From the NCBI RefSeq assembly GCF_902652985.1, contig NC_047024.1:27776001-27840000 (forward strand): a stretch of DNA of 64,000 bases. The letters run 5' to 3'. This stretch comes from Pecten maximus (lineage: Eukaryota). The first letter of the stretch is position 1, and every line of letters starts with the position of its first letter. Shown one piece after another: positions 26,597-38,800 of this stretch. The translations under genes and the position numbers were made by a program. Under the pieces are notes generated by a model. That model searched no databases. It was not told the origin of the DNA and saw only the letters and a list, made by a program, of their open reading frames with translations.

Positions 26597-29500
26597 CGAT
26601 GTATTTATGATGAGATGTGCTAGCTATATATGATGTATTTATAAGATGTGCTAGCTATATGTGATGTATTTATGATGAGATGTGCTAGCTATATGTGATG
26701 TATTTATGATGAGATGTGCTAGCTATACGTGATGTATCTATGATGAGATGTGCTAGCTATACGTGATGTATTTATGATGAGATGTGCTAGCTATACGTGA
26801 TGTATCTATGATGAGATGTGCTAGCTATATGTGATGTATCTATGATGAGATGTGCTAGCTATACGTGATGTATTTATAATGAGATGTGCTAGCTATATGT
26901 GATGTATTTATGATGAGATGTGTTAGCTATATATGATGTATTTATAAGATGTGCTAGCTATATATGATGTATTTATGATGAGATGTGCTAGCTATATATG
27001 ATGTATTTATGATGAGATGTGCTAGCTATATGTGATGTATTTATTATGAGATGTGCTAGCTATATATGATGTATTTATAAGATGTGCTAGCTATATGTGA
27101 TGTATTTATGATGAGATGTGCTACCTATATGTGATGTATTTATGATGTGATGTGCTAGCTATATATGATGTATTTATGATGAGATGTGCTAGCTATATGT
27201 GATGTATTTATAAGATGTGCTACTATATGTGATGTATTTATGATGAGATGTGCTAGCTATATATGATGTATTTATGATGAGATGTGATAGCTATATGTGA
27301 TGTATTTATGATGAGATGTGCTAGCTATATGTGATGTATTTATGATGAGATGTGCTAGCTATATGTGATGTATTTATTATGAGATGTGCTAGCTATATAT
27401 GATGTATTTATAAGATGTGATAGCTATATGTGATGTATTTATGATGAGATGTGATAGCTATATGTGATGTATTTATGATGCAATGTGCTAGCTATATGTG
27501 ATGTATTTATAAGATGTGCTAGCTATATGTGATGTATATATGATGAGATGTGCTTACATATGTATATATGTGATGTATTTATGATGAGATGTGCTAGCTA
27601 TATGTGATGTATTTATGATGAGATGTGCTAGCTATATGTGATGTATTTATGATGCGATGTGCTAGCTATATATGATGTATTTATTATGAGATGTGCTAGC
27701 TATATGTGATGTATTTATAAGATGTGTTAGCTATATGTGATGTATTTATAAGATGTGCTAGCTATATATGATGTATTTATAAGATGTGCTAGCTATATGT
27801 GATGTATTTATGATGAGATGTGGTAGCTATATGTGATGTATCTATAATGAGATATGCTAGCTGTATGTAATGTATTTATAATGAGATATGCTGGCTATAT
27901 GTGAGGTATTGATAATGAGATGTACTAGCTATATGTGATGTATTTATGATGAGATGTGCTAGCAATATGTGATGTATTTATGATGCGATGTGCTAGCTAT
28001 ATGTGATGTATTTATGATGAGATGTGCTAGCTATATGTGATGTATTTATGATGAGATGTGCTAGCTATATATGTTGTATTTATGATGAGATGTGCTAGCT
28101 ATATGTGATGTATTTATTATGAGATGTGCTAGCTATATATGATGTATTTATAATGAGATATGCTAGCTATATGTGATGTATTTATGATGAGATGTGATAG
28201 CTATATGTGATGTATTTATAAGATGTGCTAGCTTTATGTGATGTATTTATTATGAGATGTGCTAGCTATATGTGTTGTATTCATGATGAGATGTGCTAGC
28301 TATATGTGATGTATTTATGATGAGATGTGCTAGCTATATGTGATGTATTTATAAGATGTGCTAGCTATATGTGATGTATTGATAATGAGATGTGCTAGCT
28401 ATATGTGATGTATTTATTATGAGATGTGCTAGCTATATGTGTTGTATTTATGATGAGATGTGATAGCTATATGTGATGTATTCATGAGAGATGTGTTAGC
28501 TATATGTGATGTATTTATAAGATGTGCTAGCTATATGTGATGTATTTATGATGAGATGTGCTAGCTATATATGATGTATTTATTATGAGATGTGCTAGCT
28601 ATATGTGATGTATTTATAAGATGTGTTAGCTATATGTGATGTATTTATGATGAGATGTGCTAGCTATATGTGATGTATTTATTATGAGATGTGCTAGCTA
28701 TATGTGATGTATTTATTATAAGATGTGCTAGCTATATATGATGTATATATGATGAGATATGCTAGCTATATGTGATGTATTTATGATGAGATGTGCTAGC
28801 TATATGTGATGTATTTATAAGATGTGCTAGCTATATGTGATGTATTTATAAGATTTGCTAGCTATATGTGATGTATTTATGATAAGATGTGATAGCTATA
28901 TGTGATGTATTCATGAGAGATTTGCTAGCTATATATGATGTATTTATAAGATGTGCTAGCTATATGTGATGCATTTATGATGAGATGTGCTAGCTATATG
29001 TGATGTATTTATGATGAGATATGCTAGCTATATATGATGTATTTATAAGATGTGCTAGCTATATGTGATGTATTTATGATGTGATGTGCTAGCTATATAT
29101 GATGTATTTATAAGATGTGCTAGCTATATGTGATGTATTTATGATGCGATGTGCTAGCTATATATGATGTATTTATAATGAGATGTGCTAGCTATATATG
29201 ATGTATTTATGATGAGATGTGCTAGCTATATGTGATGTATTTATGATGAGATGTGCTAGCTATATGTGATGTATTTATAAGATGTGCTACTATATGTGAT
29301 GTATTTATGATGAGATGTGCTAGCTATATATGATGTATTTATAATGAAATGTGCTAGCTATACATAATGTATTTATAATGAAATGTGCTAGTTATACGTG
29401 ATGTATTTAAAATGAGATGTGCTAGCTATAAGTGATGTATTTATAAGATGTGCTAGCTATATGTGATGTATTTATAATGAGATGTGCTAGCTATATATGA

Positions 29501-29802
29501 TGTATTGATAATGAGATGTGCTAGCTATATATGATGTATTTATAATGAGATGTGCTAGCTATATATGATGTATTTATAAGATGTGCTAGCTATATGTGAT
29601 GTATTTATAATGAGATGTGCTAGCTATATATGATGTATTTATAATGAGATGTGCTAGCTATATGTGATGTATTTATGATGAGATGTGCTAGCTATATGTG
29701 ATGTATTTATTATGAGATGTGCTAGCTATATATGATGTATTTATTATGAGATGTGCTAGCTATATATGATGTATTTATAATGAGATATGCTAGCTATATG
29801 TA
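26597..29802. repeat. 3.2-kb minisatellite with 34/31-bp unit variants (TGATGTATTTATGATGAGATGTGCTAGCTATATG)
   Basis: About 95 tandem units. Confidence 0.97.
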
Positions 29803-29931
29803 GTAAAAAAATGATAAGCTACATGTATCAGACATTTAGAGCCTGGACAGACAGATGGACGAATGACAGATGCTTTACATCACTAATGATAAATCTGAAT
29901 AATATAAGACCTACAACGTCAGGAAAAATTT

Positions 29932-30546
29932 GAGATTAGCTTTCCTTATAGAGATTAGCTTTCCTTATAGAGATTAGCTTTCCTTATAGAAATTAGCTTT
30001 CCTTCTACCACAATACCCTGTGTTATTCAACTCTCAGACCATCAGTTAATCATTACAGCTGTTGATTAACAATCTGTTTATACCACACGTGGTATAAACT
30101 CTGTACGCATTTTGATTGGCTAACACGGTGAACTTTGACCCAAGCTGCAATTGTTATTGACGTCATCAATAATCTAATGACGTCACATCACCGGGTCCCG
30201 GACGTCACCGGTTCTACACTTTATTTGCATACGCGAAATTATACTTGACAACATTTCCCTTTGATTCAAGCCGATATTATTGTGGTAGAAACAGGTTACA
30301 CGACTCGAAATTGTTGAATATGGAATTTATTTCACACTCGTAAGTTATTTTTTAAAAGTTGCAAAAAACACTCGCTAAAGCTTGTGTCTTTTGTAACTTT
30401 TAAAAAATAACTTACGAGTGTGAAATAAATTCCATATCCAACAACCACTCGTTGTGTAATCTCTATTTATAGAGATTAACTTTCCTTATAGAGATTAGCT
30501 TTCCTTATAGAGATTAGCTTTCTTTATACAGATTAACTCTCCTTAC
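29932..30546. repeat. 19-bp tandem repeat (GAGATTAGCTTTCCTTATA), split by an insertion and abutting an IFTAP splice donor
   Basis: About 4 copies at 29932-30005 and about 4 at 30468-30546. Confidence 0.85.
30010..30467 (+). mobile_element. Hairpin-ended non-autonomous DNA element (Crypton-like?) inserted in the 19-bp array
   Basis: GATTGGCTAA and TGACGTCA motifs, then a long palindrome (about 30295-30460); interrupts the tandem array. Confidence 0.6.
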
Positions 30547-30621
30547 CTGGACTGCCGACTTGGTAGGTCTGTTATCCATTCCACTTGACATAATACTACT
30601 TGTGGTACCAATATCTAGGAC
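30547..30621 (-). CDS. IFTAP: IFTAP coding exon 3 (VLDIGTTSSIMSSGMDNRPTKSAVQ)
   Basis: Acceptor ATACAG|GTC, donor CAG|GTAAGG; 75 nt, phase 0/0, open frame; not in the ORF track. Confidence 0.75.
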
Positions 30622-31840
30622 CTGTATATGTAAATATGGGATCACTTATTAAATGTAAATAGGTCACAGAAAGGTCACATAAATGATACAGAACAAAAGA
30701 TCCATGAGGCTGGATCCTGGCACCCACCATGATCATATAATATTGGTTCTGAATAAGATTGATCTTTCCACCACTTTTTTCTTATCTTATGCTTTTTATG
30801 ATCTGTTCTATCAAAATGTTTTACCAACTATTACTAAATATGACTGAAGTTTTGTTCTTATTATCAATCATATTAATTTACACAAAAATAAAGAGGAACC
30901 AGTAAATGAAATCTGGGAAAGGTGACACTTTCTCAGAAATAGTGACAATAATCTCCAAGTACATTATCAAAATCCAAGATGGATACCAGTGTTTCACATA
31001 TAGGATAGATATTGAACCCTGAATGGCATATTCAAAGATTTTTCGAGGACAAATTTATGTGATACAAATAGTAGATGAATATGTATTTTTGGGTAGGAAT
31101 ACGTGCCAAGCCCCTGTGTTATTAGTTGTTCAATCAAATATGTGAAAAAGATAGAAACTCTGGCAATTTTTGTGCAGGGTTCAATCTTTTTTTCTGATTT
31201 TATCATAATTCTCAAGCTGAAGTATGTGCCAGGGAGGTTAGTGGAGATTATAAAATATTGATCCATCTAATTATGAACCACTTTTAACTTACTAATTTAA
31301 AGTTGATGGTTCTGAAAAAATTAAAAATGGGGCTTATTTGAGGGCAGGGGATTGTTTGTGGTCAAGGGCTTACGGTATTTGTGATCAGAGGCTAATGGGC
31401 TTATTTGTGACCAGAGCTTATTTGCAGATAAATATGACAGGGAAAAACAAGCAATTAACACACGTCCCCTACTGGCCCTCACAAAAAATAGAAACATACT
31501 AAAGTGACCTTGACCCAAAAACCTTAAACTTGAACATGTCCAAGATATTATGGTCCTTTATCATTGTGAGAAGATTGATCAAAATCCCTCAAGGACTGAA
31601 GCTGCTACATCACTGACAAACTTTGGTGTAATGCACATGCTTTCATGCAAGAAGGATGGACAGGAAACCTATAGTTCCCTCCGGTTTCACCGCTAGGGGA
31701 CTAATAAAACTACAAAAAATGAAAACCTTTATAGTACCCCTGGTTTCACCGGTAGGGGACTAATGAAATGAAAACCGCTATAATATATCATATACACTGA
31801 CTGGGTTACCTCCCCTTCTCTAGAGTTGAGACATACTTAC

Positions 31841-32004
31841 TTCCTCCTCCAGCCCCTCCTCCTCCCTCGTTACTACACCGGGGTTAGTGTTGTCTGTAAT
31901 TACACTACTCTGCTTGCTGCCCTCAGTTTCAGACTTTGGATCGGAAGCTTTCAGATTCTGAAGCATCGCTGTTCTTCTACTGAGCATCTTTGCTTTAATA
32001 TCAT
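31841..32004 (-). CDS. IFTAP: IFTAP coding exon 2 (DDIKAKMLSRR...EEEGLEEE)
   Basis: Acceptor TTTTACAG, donor GAA|GTAAGT; 164 nt, phase 1 to 0. Confidence 0.85.
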
Positions 32005-32681
32005 CTGTAAAACACCAGGTTTTAAATTGAACAGTTTGATAATAAATGAAAAGTAAAGATATTGACATGTCCCTTTTGTCCATCTTATGCCACAATCACA
32101 CATATTCTTGCATCAAAATGAATTAACCTTTGGAATTTCATGTAATTGTTGAAAACTGAATTATGATATCCCTGGACAAGATAAAATTTTGAAAATAAAA
32201 AGCCAATATGAGAGGGAAACAAAGCATAAAATTAACCCAAATTATAAACATTTAAGATAAACTGTGCGATATACAATAACATGATTAATACTCTCATCAA
32301 AATTATCAAAAGCAATACAAAAGTATACTTGATTTGTGCCCCTACTTCTAACTTAAGTGTATTCATCCACAAAATAAGCCCCTGTCTACAAATTATAGCC
32401 CCTGTCTGCAAATAAGTCGGTCTCCACTATTAAGCCCCTGCCCACAAAATGAATAAACTAACCTCGAAATATTCATTAAAACATGTATGTAATTTGCAAT
32501 TTTAATTAGAGACTTTCTTTACATGCAAGTTCAAATTTCAAAGGCCATTGTCAGGATAGCAGCTTTTAACCAAGATGGGATTAATGGCCCTGATTGCCAA
32601 AGGAAGTCAGATTTCGAGTAAATTGTCAACAGGATGAACACCAAAAGCTATTACATGTTTTGTGTACAACAAACAGTTTAC

Positions 32682-32832
32682 CGTGTGTAAGATGTGTGAA
32701 CTGTTTCATAAAGTTGTCATACGATTGCTCTTCTCGGGCCATAAATGTGTCAATCGCATTGTACATGGAGGCATCCATTACGTTGGCAAGGTTTTCCTGG
32801 GAAGGTGTTGGTGACAGAGAGATATCAGACAT
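32682..32832 (-). CDS. IFTAP: IFTAP first coding exon (MSDISLSPTPSQE...EEQSYDNFMKQFTHLTH)
   Basis: ATG at 32832 with an upstream in-frame TAA; exon acceptor TTTGTTTTTCTAG before 32927; donor ACG|GTAAAC; EQxYxxFxxxFTHL matches the N-terminal motif of C11orf74. Confidence 0.88.
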
Positions 32833-33062
32833 AGCCTGTACAGTTAAACTTTCTTTGGTTCCGCTTCCCGTATACGTACATGTAGCCAAGAACGTGTTCT
32901 TCTGGTCAAATTAAAGTGTGAATTCCACTAGAAAAACAAAGTGGTTAATTTGTCATGACTTTCCCGTCCATTTTGTGATTAGTTTAATATCAACTGCTAA
33001 TTAACTTAAGCTTATAAAATGACAAAAAATCATACAATGTATTTATATTTATATTTATATTA

Positions 33063-33544
33063 TGTAGCCAGTTGGATATATATATTGTGTTATATAATAA
33101 CACAGGTCAGGGTTGACTGACCAACAGGTAAGTTCCCGCGCCTCATACTGCGTCATGCATTGGAATGTAAGGTATGTGTGGAAGTTGTCCTGATTGGTCA
33201 TTGTAGTGAGCAGGTGAGTGTGTGCGCATGCTAAACACCTGTCAATACCCTGCACCAGCACACTTTTCCATCATTCCAGACACGGCACTCAGCATGACAA
33301 CATGTTACAATGTACCAGTCATCCGTCCCTGGTAAGTCTTCTAAATATATGATCATATTACTTGTTATTTTATTGAAGATCCTACATTTGTACATGTAAT
33401 CGTCTTGGTTATTTACGTTCATGTTATGTCCATCGTCGCGTGTCCGTTATTCATGTCATGTTTATACATTTGTAGGCCTTCTGATTAAACCTGAAACTTA
33501 TACAAGTTGTCCGTGTGATGTTTGCCCACACACATAAGGCTACA
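33063..33544 (+). repeat. 5' LTR (482 bp)
   Basis: TGTAGCC...GGCTACA inverted termini; identical by eye to 40666-41147. Confidence 0.97.
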
Positions 33545-33546
33545 AA

Positions 33547-33561
33547 TGGCGCCCAACGTGG
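33547..33561 (+). promoter_or_regulatory. Primer-binding site, tRNA-Lys(CUU)-type
   Basis: TGGCGCCCAACGTGG, 2 nt after the LTR; matches the first 15 nt of the known Lys1,2 PBS TGGCGCCCAACGTGGGGC. Confidence 0.9.
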
Positions 33562-33990
33562 TTGAAGGCCGGGGAAGTGACCGCTAACCTTGTAGAGGAC
33601 AGCGGACTCGCTATTCCGCGATCTGTGGATTGGGAAACCCCCTAGTAAGGCATTAGTCATTCTATTCATTGACTGTGGTATATATAATACATTTATGAGT
33701 TCTCAGTACCGAGACTGTAATTTACCTGGAATGTTCGTGTAATTGTTTTGTTCTTTCACCTTACCAGGGACTTTCATCTCATTGCACTACCTATTGCATT
33801 TCATCACCATTTCATCATCATTTCATCATCATGTCGGCATGGGCAGCCAGCGAAGTTATCATTGCACGTTTCCCATTTCATCTGATACCCTGTTGCACAA
33901 GAATGTGAGGTAAGATCATTTTCATTTTGCGCTTGCGATCATTGTAGTATTTCATCTTAAGTATATCTGTGATATTTATCTTTAGCCTAT

Positions 33991-34719
33991 ATGTCCAATA
34001 CAAATAGGATAGAGAAGTTTTTGACAAGGCCAGTGGAAGCCCCTCCAAATTTGGTTAAAACCCCATTACTGTTAAGCAGCAGCAAGGGTGTTTACTTAAA
34101 AAGGCACATTGATTTAATCAATGATTATGACTTCACGTTGAGATTTCAGTGCCAGCCAGGTGGCGATTTCAAATTTGGTTACAATTGGTTAGTTAAGAAC
34201 CTACATCAGGTTGTTAGAACCTATGGTCAAATACATGTGTATGTTTGGCTTGGTACCTGTGACCTTACAAACAAGTCCAAATCTGGTTGCATAACCTTAG
34301 CACAGAGGTCTAACACTGAATGTGAAAATTATGTGAAATCGAATGTTGACAAAATCAACAGCTTTATCGCTCAGTTTCCTTCAGTCTCTGTGACTTTCCT
34401 GGAGATACCTCCATACAGTATCAAGCTGTGGAATAAGTCTAAAGGTCATAAAAACCCTGAAATATTTGAAACAGAGGATTCGATTTTGGTCGAAAGGATT
34501 AAGATCCTGAACGATTACCTACAACAGGTTAATCAAGCTGCTGGGGTAAGCTCTGTACGGTTCCACTTGGACTTGTTGAAGTATACTAGAGCCAAACGCA
34601 AGCCGTTCGTCTGTTTTTCTTTATATAAGGACGGAATCCATCCCTCACCACTTTTAGCCAGGTGTTGGATGAAACGTGTAGTATTGAAAATTTTTGAGGA
34701 CTGTATAGCTTCATCATAG
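33991..34719 (+). CDS. Accessory ORF0: SGNH/GDSL hydrolase-like protein (242 aa)
   Basis: Block I-like LLSSSKG, block II-like QPGG, block III-like WLGTCDL, block V KDGIHP, in canonical order and spacing; intact ATG-TAG ORF between PBS and gag. Confidence 0.75.
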   Translation: MSNTNRIEKFLTRPVEAPPNLVKTPLLLSSSKGVYLKRHIDLINDYDFTLRFQCQPGGDFKFGYNWLVKNLHQVVRTYGQIHVYVWLGTCDLTNKSKSGCITLAQRSNTECENYVKSNVDKINSFIAQFPSVSVTFLEIPPYSIKLWNKSKGHKNPEIFETEDSILVERIKILNDYLQQVNQAAGVSSVRFHLDLLKYTRAKRKPFVCFSLYKDGIHPSPLLARCWMKRVVLKIFEDCIASS

Positions 34720-34761
34720 TAGAACTTGTGATATAGATATATATATATAAATATATCAACA

Positions 34762-35820
34762 ATGGCAGAATCTCCTCAAGAGGAACTTGCTGCCCAGCCG
34801 GAGGTTAAATTGGGGGCCTGGACTGAGGCAGATCTAATTAAATCATTAAATGCCTTGGGGAAATATGCGATAGTTGCACTGGGTGAGGAGACACAAACTC
34901 GCAGGCTGAGAACAAGCTCAGTGATAGAGGGTAATGCCTCTTTGTACGAATTCCCATCCACAAAGCAACAAAATATTCCCAAGGTGCCTCAGTTCTCAGG
35001 TGAGTCCCTTAAGGGTGATGTCGCCTATATGGATTGGCGCTATGAGATTCGTTGTCTGATGATGGATTCAGACATATCTCCGAGTACCCTAATACAGGCC
35101 ATACGTCGTTCGCTTAGAGGTGTCGCGAAGCGTTCTTTGATTTCACTCGGGAGTGAGGCATCACCTCGTGATATCCTGCATCGATTAGATTCGTTGTTTG
35201 GAGAGGTGGCCACACATGGTATGATCATGCAGGAATTTTTTAATGCTGCACAGAAGCCGGAAGAGTCTGCAACTACATTTGGCTGTAGACTCGAGTCATA
35301 TTTACAAATAGCCATTGACAATGGTTCTGTAGATAAAGGAGCAAGAAATGATTTGCTCAGGCATAAATTTTGGACTTCTCTATATTCGGATAACCTCAAA
35401 AGTCAGACACGTCATAAATATGACAATATCATGTCTTTTGACCATTTGTTGAGGGAGATAAGAATAGTGGAGAAAGAGCTGGACCTGTGCTCAAGTACTG
35501 CTTGTAAGAGCCAGGATTCTTCAAAGAAGAAAAAAGCTCAGAGCCATAACGTTACTGCTGAGGTTGACCAGCAGCAGGCTACATCTGTCACGGATGTGTC
35601 TAAGGAGTTTGATCGTAAACTCAAGGCACTAGAGGAGAAATTGTCGTCTCAAATTGACTCCAAATTTGATAAGATTTTGGAGAAACTGGACTCTAGGTCT
35701 GGTCAATCCAAATCTTACCAGGGTCAAGGACAGAGCAGAGGTCGTGGTCGTGGTCGAGGTAACCACAGAGGTAAACCTAACCACGACAAACAAAAATCCT
35801 CTGATAACCCAAAAGAGTAA
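34762..35820 (+). CDS. gag: Gag (PNMA/Ma-like capsid), RG-rich basic C-terminus, no CCHC knuckle
   Basis: PQFSGE..KGDVAYMDWRYEI, IRRSLRG.A, Q..EES..F..RLE capsid motifs; precedes pol. Confidence 0.9.
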   Translation: MAESPQEELAAQPEVKLGAWTEADLIKSLNALGKYAIVALGEETQTRRLRTSSVIEGNASLYEFPSTKQQNIPKVPQFSGESLKGDVAYMDWRYEIRCLMMDSDISPSTLIQAIRRSLRGVAKRSLISLGSEASPRDILHRLDSLFGEVATHGMIMQEFFNAAQKPEESATTFGCRLESYLQIAIDNGSVDKGARNDLLRHKFWTSLYSDNLKSQTRHKYDNIMSFDHLLREIRIVEKELDLCSSTACKSQDSSKKKKAQSHNVTAEVDQQQATSVTDVSKEFDRKLKALEEKLSSQIDSKFDKILEKLDSRSGQSKSYQGQGQSRGRGRGRGNHRGKPNHDKQKSSDNPKE

Positions 35821-35850
35821 CGGTCTCTGCGGTAGGCCAAGCGGAGACCG
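35808..35850 (+). promoter_or_regulatory. -1 programmed ribosomal frameshift signal for gag-pol
   Basis: C CCA AAA heptamer (35808-35814) in the gag frame, 6-nt spacer, stem CGGTCTCTGC/GCGGAGACCG (35821-35850); the pol frame is -1 and opens exactly at 35808. Confidence 0.8.
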
Positions 35851-38800
35851 AATCATCTTCAGCAGGCCAAACCAACATCTTGGATAGACTCTTAGGAGTA
35901 TCCAATGAAGGTGACATTTTCATCGATGGTGTTCAGGTTAAGGGCTTGATAGACAGCGGTTCAATGGTCTCTACTATCTCAGAGTCATTTTTTAAAACTT
36001 TGCCGCATAAACCTGACCTCCAAGATATATCAACCTTAGGGCTTGATGTGACAGTAGCCAATGGTTCGAACCTTAAGATCAAAGGTTTCATAGAATGTGA
36101 TGTCCGATTGCCATTCCTGTCTGACAAAGTCTTTAGTGTTCTAGTACTAGTAGTACCGGACACAAATTACAATAAATCATGCCCATGTCTGATGGGTACC
36201 AATGTAATAAGACTTGTCAAAGATTTTATGAATTCCGGAAATTTTACTTTACCACCCGAGTGGAAGGTTGCTGTGGATAGCATTTCTTGTACATTCGACA
36301 CCAGGTCACTAAACAAGAAAGTTCTTAAGGTTCATCCTTACCAGTCCACAGTAATCAACGGCATGGTCAGAGGACTCGATCCCGATACCTCCACTATAAT
36401 CACTGAAAACAGATCCGATAACTCTAACCTTAAGTATACAGTTTGTCCACGGGTTCTCAAAGTGAAAAATAGTGTATCGAATGTGAAAGTACCTGTAAAA
36501 ATTTGTAATCTCACTGCTAAACCCATCTATATACAACCCAAGTCAATTATTTGTTCTGTAAATCAGGTTAAGGTTGTTGACAATTTAGCTTCTGAATTAC
36601 CAAGCATAACAGAGTTCAAGTCTTTACCTGAAGATCTTGGTATTAACTTAAACACTGAGAACCTTAGTGAAGAGCAGCTGTATAGGGTTCGTCAAGTATT
36701 GGGAAACTGGAAACAAGCATTTTCTACCAGTCCATTCGATCTTGGATGCACGGACATCATACAACATAAAATCGATCTTATCGATGAAAGGCCATTTAAA
36801 CAGCCTTACAGGAAAATTCCTCCTGGTATGTATGAGGAGGTCCGTCAGCACGTGAAAGATATGCTTGAAGCGGGTGTTATTAGGGAATCAAACAGTCCAT
36901 TTTCTTCGAATGTTGTGCTGGTTCGAAAGAAAGATGGTTCATTAAGATTCTGCATCGATTATCGGATGCTTAACTCGCGTACCAGGAAAGATGCATATAT
37001 GCTTCCTCGATTTGATGACACCATTGATACCCTCATAGGTAGCCGCTATTTCTCGAAGTTAGATCTTCGAGCCGGCTACTGGCAAATCGAGGTGGCTGAG
37101 GAAGATCGTCCTAAAACTGCTTTCTCTGTTGGGAACTTGGGGTTTTACGAAACTAATAGAATGGGTTTCGGACTAACCTGTGCCCCAGCTAGTTTCCAAC
37201 GGATGATAGAGAAGTGCATGGGAGATATGCATCTTAGAGAATGTCTCATATTTTTGGATGACATTCTCATATTCTCTCGTACCTTTGACGAACACCTGAC
37301 AAGGTTAGAGTCCGTTTTTTCCAGACTAGTGCAACATGGCCTGAAACTTAAACCATCTAAGTGCGAGTTGTTTAAAACTTCTGTGACATACTTAGGGCAT
37401 GTTGTGTCTGAAGAGGGCATAGCGACAGACCCTGCAAAGTTATCTGCAGTTAGGGATTGGCCACGGCCAAACAACGTAAAAGAGCTCCGCCAATGGCTTG
37501 GTTTCAGTGGTTACTACAGGCGATTCATAAAGGATTTTTCCTCAATAGCCCAGCCACTGAACAAACTCTTACAAGGTCATGACCTTACCAAGAAAAAGAA
37601 GACTGCTAAGTCTAAAGGTAAAACTAAGGTCAAGAAAAAGGCTGAATGGGTTTGGGGGGAACCCCAACAGACAGCCTTTGATACCTTAAAAGAGAAGCTA
37701 TTGAGTCCCCCAGTTCTTGCTTATGCGGATTACAAAAAACCATTTATCTTGCATACTGATGCTAGTGGCCTTGGTTTAGGCGCAGTTTTGTATCAGGAAC
37801 AGGATGGTGTGGAGCGAGTAATCGCATACGCTAGTCGTGGTTTAAGACCTAGTGAGCGGAATTACCCTGCTCATAAGTTAGAGTTTCTTGCTCTTAAGTG
37901 GGCGGTGACAGACAAATTCCATGATTATCTCTATGGTAACACTTTCAAGGTCGTCACTGATAATAATCCACTTACTTATGTGCTGGGTAAGGCTAAACTC
38001 GATGCCACTGGGCATAGATGGGTTGCCGCTTTAGCGAATTATAACTTTACCCTGTCGTATCGCCCTGGGAAACAAAACATTGATGCTGATGGTCTCTCAC
38101 GCATGTCTGTATGTTCTGATGTTGTTCAGGCTGTTTGTCAATCAGCAGTCACAGTGGCACCACTTGTGGAATGTGTGTCGGATGATCCTGTCTCTCATAT
38201 GGCCAATGAGGACACAGGTTCGGTCGATTCATTCGCTGCAGTCGACTGGAAAGTACAACAGCACCGGGACAAAGACATAGCAAGGGTTATTGACCTATTG
38301 AGAACCGGTTTTCTTCCCAGGGGGAAAAGGCTACAGGGTGAAACTGTATACGTCCAGAAGATGTTTCGCACTTGGAAGAAATTGAGTTTGCATGACGGTA
38401 TACTATATCGAACCGCTTCTCTAGACGGTCAGAACGTTAAACAGTTGGTGCTCCCAAAGCAGTATCATTCCCTCGCTCTAAAGGGTGTGCATGATGACAC
38501 TGGTCATCAAGGGAAGGAAAAAACACTTTGGCTGGCAAAGCAACGGTTCTACTGGCCAGGCCTAGAGAATGATGTGAACCATAAAGTTGAGACTTGTGGG
38601 CGTTGTGTACGACGAAAAGCACCAGTTAAACCTGTTGCTGAACTTATTCCTATCAGCTCTAGCCACCCTATGGAGTTGGTCTGTATAGACTTTCTCACAG
38701 CAGACAAGTGCAAGGGTGGAATAGAGGATATCCTGGTTATAACAGATCACTTCACCAGGTATGCTCAGGCAGTTCCCTGTCGCAATCAAACGGCAAGGAC

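Noticed and set aside
16583-29802. 29-38-bp repeat arrays as possible CRISPR arrays
   Set aside because: Head-to-tail units with no unique spacers, no cas genes, eukaryotic intron context
33055-33422. Small minus-strand ORFs repeated at 40601-41025
   Set aside because: They are duplicated only because they lie in the LTRs; no recognisable domain
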